The notes under the pieces: model-generated
Told to the model about the DNA's origin: nothing
Seen by the model: the letters and a program-made list of their open reading frames with translations, nothing else
Databases searched by the model: none
In this document: positions 34,310-41,745 of the stretch, piece by piece
How positions within the stretch are numbered: position 1 is the stretch's first letter
Layout of the letters: each line of letters starts with the position of its first letter
DNA from: Octopus bimaculoides
Lineage: Eukaryota
DNA length: 41,745 nt
Assembly (NCBI RefSeq): GCF_001194135.2
Contig: NC_068996.1
Span: 23,451,566 to 23,493,310 of the forward strand
Direction of reading: 5' to 3'
Translations under genes and position numbers: made by a program

Positions 34310-35465
34310 AGAGGAAGGTTAACAGGGAAGATAGTTTTTGTGTGAAAAGTGCACAGGTACAATTAACATTAAAAATGTACAGAAAATAGAATCCATCACA
34401 TGCTAGAGGGGAAAACTAGAAGTAGTTGATAGCTTCTGTTACCTAGGTGACCAAGTCAGTAGTGAGGGTGGATGCTCCGAGAGCATAGCTGCTAGAATAA
34501 GAATAGGCTGGGCAAAGTTCAGAGAGCTCCTACCTCTGCTGGTAAAAAAGGGCCTCTCTCTCAGNNNNNNNNNNTAAGAATAGGCTGGGCAAAGTTCAGA
34601 GAGCTCCTACCTCTGCTGGTAAAAAAGGGCCTCTCTCTCAGAGTGAAAATCAGACTGTGTGATGCCTGTGCATGAACAGCCATGCTACACGGCAGTGAAA
34701 CATGGGCTGTGACTGCTGAAGACATGTGTAATGTCAGTGTGCATACACAAGAGAGTGTAAATGCTCTGAGAAAAAAGTTGGGCATAAGAGGCATCAGATG
34801 TAGTGTGCAAGAGAGACAACTGCACTGGTATGGTCATGTGATATGTATGGATGAGGACAGCTGTGTGAAGAAGTGTTGCACTCTAATGGCTGAGGGAACC
34901 TGTGGAAGAGGTAGATCCAAGAAGACATGGGACAAGATAGTGAAGCATGATCTTCGAATGTTGAGCTTCACAGAGGTTATGACAAGTGACAGAGACCTTT
35001 GGCAATATGCTGTGCTTGAGAAGACCTGATGTCAATGCAACTGGCTCATTAAAAGCACCCTTAAAATTTTGGGTGATATGCTGTGCTTGTGAAGACCTGT
35101 CAAGCCGAGTGAAATCATAGTTGTGACTGATGCTAGTGCTGTCTGACGGGCACCCCTACTGGAGGCACATAAAACACACCATTCAAGTATTGGGCCTCAC
35201 GGAGGCAGTGACATGTGACTTTTGATGATATACTGTGCTTGTGTAGACCTGTAAAGCCAAGTGAGACTGTAGTCATGACCAATGCTGGTGTCAGGTCAAT
35301 AGCATCTGTGCCAGTTGCACGTAAAAAACACCCACTACATTTTTGGAAGGGCATCCAACCATAGAAATCTTACTAAATCAGATGGGAACCTAGTGCAGCA
35401 CCCCAGCTTACCAGTTTTCAGCCAAACCGTCCAACCCATGCCAACAGACGTTAAATGATGATTAT
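34310..35465 (+). mobile_element. RTE LINE 3' fragment with 3' UTR
   Basis: LEVVDSFCYLGDQ and MLHGSETWAVTAED...CSVQERQLHWYGHV...DEDSCVKKC homologous to 24330-24900; ends acgttaaatgatgat. Confidence 0.9.
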
Positions 35466-35489
35466 AATGTGTATATCATGCGTGTGTGT

Positions 35490-35650
35490 GTGTGTGTGTG
35501 TGTATTTATGTTGTTATGTCTGTGTTTGTCACACCACCATCGCTTGACAACTGATGTTGGTGTGTTTATATCCCTGTAACTTAGCAGTTCAGCAAAAACA
35601 ACTGATAGAGTAAGTACTAGGCTTACAAAGAATAAATTTTGGGATTGATT
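35490..35650 (+). mobile_element. SINE family A, 3' half
   Basis: tgtgtttgtc...ccatcgcttgacaactgatg...gtaacttagcagttcagcaaaa...aagtactaggcttacaaagaataa. Confidence 0.8.
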
Positions 35651-35935
35651 TCTTTCCCTACAAAATTATACTGCATTAGTAAGCATAAGAGAAACTCTCA
35701 TATTGGCTTTTGGTGCAAAACGCATTCTTGTTTATATCTTTAGCAGGGAGATAAATATTTACCACCAGATCACATGATTTCAACCTTGCTTGGTTTTGTC
35801 AGTGATGGACACTCAACCACTAGAAATAGTAATGATTTATTCCCCCGCCAGCAATATATAGAATAACAGTGCCCAAATAGACACTGGGGTCACACTAAGC
35901 CAGTGAGCTTGTTAACTAATACTCATAGGCAACAA

Positions 35936-36107
35936 AGGCAGTAATAATAACAAGAAGTAATATTTATTCCCACTTAAACATGGATGTTCTGTTAAAACAA
36001 ACAATATGAGAGATTCTCTCGTGGTATCTTTCACAGTATAGTTTGTTCTAACAGAACACCCATGCTTAAGTGGGTATAAATATTATCTCTTGGTATTAAT
36101 ACTGCTT
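35936..36107. repeat. Long inverted repeat / foldback hairpin in intron 1
   Basis: 44-nt core arms 35959-36002 and 36041-36084 with 4 mismatches, extending about 23 nt outward and further inward with bulges. Confidence 0.9.
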
Positions 36108-36627
36108 CTCTCGCTAATATTTTTTAACAAATATAAATGTATAATCTACAAAGAGAAGCTGTAGGCTTCAATGTAGTCGTACATTCATGTATTCTAACTC
36201 ACCAATTTTGAATGAATCATCCACATCTGCTGGATGGATGACCTCCACTGTTGTACATAAGCATATTTTCTGTCCCTATAAATTCCTATATCATTTTGTA
36301 GAAGTTTTAATGGTAATGTTCTACCAATATTCTTCGTGTTGAAATGTTAAAAATATCTTTTGTGTTTAGATGTGGGTGATATGTCATGTCGTATTTTGAA
36401 GGTTACACTTTTGAAATCCAAGAACAGATGAGGATGAGGATGATGATAGTGGTGGTGGTGACAATGATGACAATAACGATGTTGATATAGCTTGACATAA
36501 CTTAATTTTTTATGATGTGCATGGATGATTATATTCTTAAAATAATTTCCTAAGAAAATTTGTGAAAAAAACATTTAATATCTAAATAGAAGTTGAAAAA
36601 TTAAAAAAAAAATTCCTAAGTACATAT

Positions 36628-37050
36628 ATAGGTGCAGGAGTGGCTGTGTGGTAAGTAGTTTGCTTACCAACCACTTGGTTCCAGGTTCAGTCCCACTGCG
36701 TGGTACCTTGGGCAAGTGTCTTCTACTTATAGCCTCGGGCCGACCAAAGCCTTGTGAGTGGATTTGGTAGACGGAAACTGAAAGAAGCCTGTCGTATATA
36801 TGTATATATGTGTACATACACATACATGTGTATGTGTTTGTGTGTCTGTGTTTGTCCTCCCACCATCGCTTGACAACTGATGCTAGTGTGTTTACGTCCC
36901 CCGTAACTTAGCGGTTCGGCAAAAAGAGACCGATAGAATAAGTACTAGGCTTACAAAGAATAAGTCCTGGGGTCGATTTGCTCGACTAAAGGTGGTGCAA
37001 CAGCATGGCCGCAGTCAAATGACTGAAACAAGTAAAAGAGTAAAAGTGTA
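36628..37050 (+). mobile_element. tRNA-derived SINE, family A, full length, ending ~45 nt before exon 2
   Basis: A box TGGCTGTGTGG, B box GGTTCAGTCCC, CORE-like accttgggcaagtg, central (GT)n, aaaagagt-type tail. Confidence 0.92.
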
Positions 37051-37094
37051 AAAGAGATACATAATCCATATTCTTTAATTCTATATTTTTGCAG

Positions 37095-37403
37095 GATATT
37101 TTGCCCAAGTGAAGGCTCAGGCTAATTTTGTTTGTCCTGCACCCAATGGAATTTTCCCAGATTTTGCCAGTACAGGCTGCACTATGTTCTGGCGTTGTAA
37201 CAACTGCCTCCCTGTAAGAGACAGATGTGCAGAAGGGCAGCAGTTTGACTATGCCCGCACACTATGCGATGCAGATGCTAATGTCTTCTGCAATGACCAA
37301 AGACGGAACTTTCAGCCTCAGCCAGGCGCTTGGCAATGTCAACCTAATAATGGTGGCGGTGCAGGAATACCAAACAATTTCAATCCAGTAGTACCAGGAC
37401 AAG
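37095..37403 (+). CDS. Coding exon 2: chitin-binding type-2 (CBM14/peritrophin-A) domain plus Q/N/P/G linker
   Basis: ttttgcag| acceptor and CAA G|gtaaat donor, both phase 1. Open frame YFAQVKAQANFVCPAPNGIFPDFASTGCTMFWRCNNCLPVRDRCAEGQQFDYARTLCDADANVFC with C-x14-C-x5-C-x9-C-x12-C-x7-C spacing and aromatics at the positions typical of ChtBD2 (F/W between C2 and C3; FD between C4 and C5). Confidence 0.92.
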
Positions 37404-38029
37404 GTAAATTCCTCCTTTCTTTTTTATTTTTCCCAACCACTGTTTACTTAATAAACATCATCATTATCAACAATGTCAATTAGCCAATGACAGAGCCTCT
37501 TGCTGGTTGTTTGATCAACAAGAAACAGAAATCAAATCTACCTCAAAATACAGCCGGCCAACATTGAAAAAAAAAAAGAATGGTCATAGTGCTGGGATAT
37601 CTTTGATAATAAGCCTGATCAGTCATGGGATAACAACAAAAACAACAGCAGCAGCAGTAGCAGCAATAACAACATCAACAGCAGCAGTAATAGCAGCAGC
37701 AACAACTACCTTAACATAGTCATTCTTAATGCAGTCCGGCTGATTTGAACATGAATATACTTATCACTGTTGTGTTTTGTCATCATTTTGGTTCTTGATT
37801 TTTACCATGCATATGACAATTCATTATTGGCTGGCAGATATCATCATAGATCAGTAATCAGTTTTGTTTGCTGGAATTATAACCAAGGCCATTGGTTCTG
37901 GTTAGATTCATTAGTCCTGGAAAGGGGAGGGGGGTTTCTGGCTGATGAGACATATCCAATGTTGAAACACCAGATGTCCCAGAATTCCTTGTACTAATGA
38001 ATCAATTGTTTGTTTATTTTGCACTGACA

Positions 38030-38124
38030 TTGTAGGGTAGGTATGAAAGGCAGGACCTGGCTAGTTTGAACATAAAACAGAAAGAATATTTTGACTGGAT
38101 ATGGCTGATTTAAATGTTAAAAGG
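38030..38124. mobile_element. Partial piggyBac-like MITE in intron 2
   Basis: tgacattgtagggtaggtatga...tttgaacataaaacag..agaatattttg...aaatgttaaaagg|TTAA, homologous to the family. Confidence 0.75.
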
Positions 38125-38163
38125 TTAATGCTGTTTCATCTTTGTCCCTCTCTCTCCATACAG

Positions 38164-38339
38164 GTGGTCGAGGTGTGGTGATTAATTTACCACCGAACAT
38201 TCCACAATTCAATGTCCAGCAGTGTACTTTGATTCAAAATCAGTTGAATACATTTTTCTCCCAGATGATTCAAGCAATGACCAACAATCAATGTCCTGGA
38301 CCACAGTGTGTTCTACCAATAATAGCTGTTCAATGTTAA
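38164..38339 (+). CDS. Coding exon 3 (probably terminal): Q/N-rich, Cys-containing C-terminal tail ending VQC*
   Basis: Pyrimidine tract tctttgtccctctctctccatacag| acceptor; phase matches the exon 2 donor (G|GT = Gly); open frame to TAA at 38337-38339. Joined CDS is 34+309+176 = 519 nt = 172 aa + stop. Confidence 0.8.
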
Positions 38340-38482
38340 TTAATTAATTAACCACAGATGGTTATTAATATCTGTCAGTCAATCTACCTATATTAGCAGT
38401 TAATTGTTATTGATTATACATTGTAATTGATATCAGTAATTATCATGTAACTCAGTCAATATACTAATAATCTTTATCTAAT

Positions 38483-38689
38483 TTTGGCACAAGGCCAGCA
38501 ACTTTGAGAGGAGGGAGTCTAGTCGATTACAGCAACACCAGTGCTCAACTGGTACTTATTTTAATGACCTCTGAAAGAATGAAAAGCAAAGTTGATTATA
38601 CTGACATTTGAACTCAGAACATAAAGAGCTAGAAGAAATGTCACTGAGCATTCTGCGCTGTGTGGTAATGATTTTGCTCATTGGCCACC
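38483..38689 (-). mobile_element. SINE with Nin/Deu-like central domain (family D)
   Basis: Reverse complement gttctgagttcaaat...caactttgcttttcattctttcagaggtcattaaaataagtaccag resembles the Nin-type motif cctttcatcc....ggtcgataaaat.agtaccag. Confidence 0.7.
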
Positions 38690-38752
38690 TTAATTAATAC
38701 ATTAATAATAGCTGTACAATGTTAATTAATCAATTAATCATTCAGAGTAATT

Positions 38753-38758
38753 AATAAA
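38753..38758 (+). promoter_or_regulatory. Candidate poly(A) signal AATAAA (a second candidate at 39209-39214)
   Basis: AATAAA hexamers 414 and 870 nt after the stop codon; AT-rich context makes chance matches likely. Confidence 0.3.
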
Positions 38759-39049
38759 AGTAGCTATTATGTAGCTCAATCAGTCTACCAGTAATAGTTG
38801 TTCAATTAACCAAACAGTAATTAATGTCAGCAATTATTATGTAGTCCAGATAATTTACTAATAAGTTGTAAAATGTTAATTAACTAAGCACAAATGGTAA
38901 TTAATACTACGAATTATTATGTTTCTCAATCAAGTTACTAATAATACCTGTCACCCTTGTGTCTTTTCTACCACTATTATAATGACCTCTGCTTCTCAGA
39001 GATAACTGATATCCTACCACCTCTTCTCAACTACTTTCTGCTCTTTATA

Positions 39050-39155
39050 TTTTGATTTCAAATCCTGCCAAGGTCAGCTTTGCTTTTCAGCCTTCCAGGG
39101 TTGGTAAAATACAATACCAGTGGAATACTAAGTTAATGTAATTAGCCAGTCCCCT
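39050..39155 (+). mobile_element. Family D SINE fragment, opposite orientation to 38483-38689
   Basis: ttcaaatcctgccaaggtcagctttgcttttcagccttccagggttggtaaaatacaataccag. Confidence 0.65.
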
Positions 39156-39299
39156 TTTATCATATGTAAAAATAATTATATTTTAAATATCTTATGTAAG
39201 GAAACTTAAATAAATGAATGAAATGATTCGGTCTTTGGTTATTTATTTAGTAGTTTATATGTTGTTGTTGTTGTTTAACCCCAGGTCTACCATCATGAA

Positions 39300-39717
39300 G
39301 TGGAGGCGCAATGGCCCAGTGGTTAGGGTAGAGGACTCGCGATTTCGTTTTACCAGACTGGGCGTTGTGAGTGTTTATTGAGCAAAAACACCTAAAGCTC
39401 CATGAGGCTCTGGCAGGGGATGGTGGCGAACCTTGCTGTACTCTTTTACCACAACTTTCTCTCACTATTTCTTCCTCTTTCTGTTGTACATGTATTTCAA
39501 AGGGTCAGCCTTGTCACTCTGTGTCACGCTGAATATCCCCGAGAACTACGTTAAGGGTACACGTGTCTGTGGAGCGTTCAGCCACTTGCATGTTAATTTN
39601 NNNNNNNNNTCTGTGGAGCGTTCAGCCACTTGCATGTTAATTTCACGAGCAGGCTGTTCTGTTGATCGGATCAACTGGAACCCTCGACGTTGTAAGTGAT
39701 GGAGTGCCAACAACAAC
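39300..39717 (+). mobile_element. tRNA-derived SINE, family B, full length (contains a small N gap)
   Basis: GTGGAGGCGCAATGGCCCAGTGGTTAGGG head, same body and (CAA)n tail as 32511-32904. Confidence 0.9.
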
Positions 39718-40416
39718 CCCCATGCAGTAGGAGTATACTTGAAGGTGTCCCCGCTGTGACTATCCTGTCTTTTTATTCAGATATAGCGTGTCTACAATTA
39801 CATGCATACATACATATGCATGCATGATGGTTGCAAACTTGTGTTCAAGTATTGCCATTACCTGATCGAAAGTCCCACATATGCATGCAATGGCTACAAC
39901 CAGCCATTTTTGTGACAGGTCTTACTTTTTTTCAAGTGATGCCTGTGCATGATGATTTTTTTTATTTACTGTTGGGAAAGGATTTGCACAAATCCAATTC
40001 TACTCTCTGAACATGGGCAGCATAAACTTGAAAAGAAGAACTAGTCTACATCATCGAAAATTGTCAGTGTCGCAGGTTTTCTCTCAGAGTTTTTCTCTCC
40101 TAGAGAGATGCTGTGACAACAGAGAAACCTCTCATTCACAATGGGCCAACCACAGCCTGGACACAGCCAGATATTTCCATGTTCCTGTATAAACATACAT
40201 GCACACATACACATGTACACATATTGTTGGATGGCTGTTGACTGCTCATGAGATCTTCCGCCCATTGACAGGTCTTATTTTTCATCTTGCAGGGTGTCCA
40301 ACAATTACCCTCCTCAACAAGCAAGCTTGATGGGGTTGCCAGTTTAGTCCCTGACGACCCAACCACACAACAGGTCGTAGTGGGTTACATGTTACCAATA
40401 GCATGCAAGAGTGACC

Positions 40417-40447
<31 letters not shown>

Positions 40448-40455
40448 CATACATA

Positions 40456-41688
40456 CAGTGGTTGGACAAAATAATGGAAACACCTAGCATCATAGCATCA
40501 TAATTTTGAAATATCTATTAAACCATCAAAAGCTTGTTTATTTTTATGTCTTTTGATTTATTATTAGTGTTGCTTAATATCCTTTGCTAAAATTGCTGTT
40601 TCTTTTCAGATAATGTCAGAAAAAGGTAATTAAAATTCATTAAATGACAGATCTATTGGACTTTCAAAGAGGTTAAATTGTTGGTGCTCATATGGCAGGT
40701 ACTAGCGTAATGAAAACAGCTAAAATGTTTGGTGTATCAAGAAGTACTGTCTCAAAAGTAATGACAGCCTTTTAGAAAGAGGGAAAAACCTCCTCTCNNN
40801 NNNNNNNGACTCTTACACGAATTGTAAGAAAGGAACACAAAAGTACAGCTCCCAAAATTACTGCAGAGCTTAATGACCACCTTGAGAACCCAGTTTCCAC
40901 AAAAACTGTTCACTGGCAGCTGCACAAAGCCGGATTTCATGGGAGGGCTGCAATCAGAAAACCACTACTTTCAAAAACAAACATTGCAAAGCATTTAGAG
41001 TGGAGTAAAAACCTACAGAATGGGTCCCTAGAGTAGTAGAAGAATGTTATTTTCTTGGACGAATCATCTTTTACCTTATTTCCGACCACTGGTCAAGTAT
41101 ACGTGTAGAGACAGCCAAAAGAAGCATTTGACCCAGACTGCCTTCTTCCAACTGTTAAACATGGAGGAGGATCTCTGATGATCTGGGGGGCTATATCTTG
41201 GAAATCCACTGGCCCAATGATTTCCCTTCATGGCAGAATTAATAGTCAAGACTATTTAAGTATTTTAACTGATCAAATTCATCCTATGGTTGCGGAACTG
41301 TTTCCAGAGGGAAACGCAATCTTTCAGGATAATAATGCACCAATTCACCCAGCTAAAACTGTTACTGAATGGCATGAGGAACATTCTAGTGAAGTTGAAC
41401 ATCTTATCTGGCCACCATAGTCCCCAGATCTCAATATTATTGAACATTTATGGTACATTTTAGAAAAACAAGTAAGGAGTCGATATCCTCCACCATCATC
41501 ACTACAAGAACTGGAGACTGTTTTAGCTGAAGAATGGACAAAAATTACTTTGGAAACAATACAAACTTTGTACGAATTCATATCTTGTAGAATTCAAGGT
41601 GTAACTACTGCCAAAGGCGGTCCTACCCCATATTAAAATAAATTTGTTTGAAATTTTAAGGTGCTTCCATTATTTTGTCCAACCCCTG
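40456..41688 (+). mobile_element. Full-length decayed Tc1-like transposon with DD36E-type spacing
   Basis: 30-bp TIRs CAG(T/G)GGTTGGACAAAATAATGGAA(A/G)CACCT (28/30 identical), TA on both flanks. Transposase pseudogene 40644-41636 with at least 6 in-frame stops and a small gap; motifs VIFLDES, KHGGGSLMIWG, FQDNNAPIH, WPP*SPDLNIIE. Confidence 0.95.
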
Positions 41689-41745
41689 TACATACAAACA
41701 TACATACATAGCCATCTATGTATCAAACTTAATGTATATATATAT

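Larger units (their letters stand above)
38313..38955 (+). repeat. Degenerate AT-rich ~70-80-bp tandem array overlapping the stop codon, interrupted by a SINE
   Basis: Recurring ct/ttac(c/t)aataatag(c/t)tgt(t/a)caatgttaattaa...gtaattaat...attatgta..tcaatc units at about 38313, 38384, 38700, 38783, 38853 and 38934. Confidence 0.7.

Noticed and set aside
34498-34641. Apparent 67-bp tandem duplication in the RTE fragment
   Set aside because: The copies flank a 10-N gap exactly, typical of an unmerged contig overlap. The same pattern occurs at about 39567-39640.
36628-36700. tRNA-like sequences with A and B boxes (also 32830-32904, 39300-39360)
   Set aside because: These are SINE heads followed by family bodies and tails; no complete cloverleaf, so not called tRNA genes.

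Overview
Repeat-saturated, AT-rich metazoan genomic DNA with several N gaps (largest 2741-3591). The SINE/RTE/microsatellite landscape is typical of an octopus genome; this is an inference and the species cannot be proven from the window. One host protein-coding gene can be reconstructed by hand on the + strand: exons 29713-29746, 37095-37403 and 38164-38339, two phase-1 GT-AG introns, 172 aa. It encodes a signal peptide, one peritrophin-A/CBM14 chitin-binding domain and a nearly uncharged Q/N/P/G-rich tail with extra cysteines. The remaining recognisable sequence is transposon-derived: RTE-clade LINE fragments, three Penelope-like remnants plus two degenerate hammerhead ribozyme motifs, a Ty3/Gypsy relic, Tc1/mariner elements (a full-length decayed DD36E-type Tc1, a DD37D maT, mariners), hAT remnants and a young hAT MITE, a TTAA-specific piggyBac-like MITE family, and several tRNA-derived SINE families. 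Most interesting: the chitin-binding gene architecture, a ~170-nt intronic hairpin with A.C mismatches, the DD36E-spaced Tc1, the hammerhead motifs, and a degenerate tandem array that begins inside the last codons of the gene.
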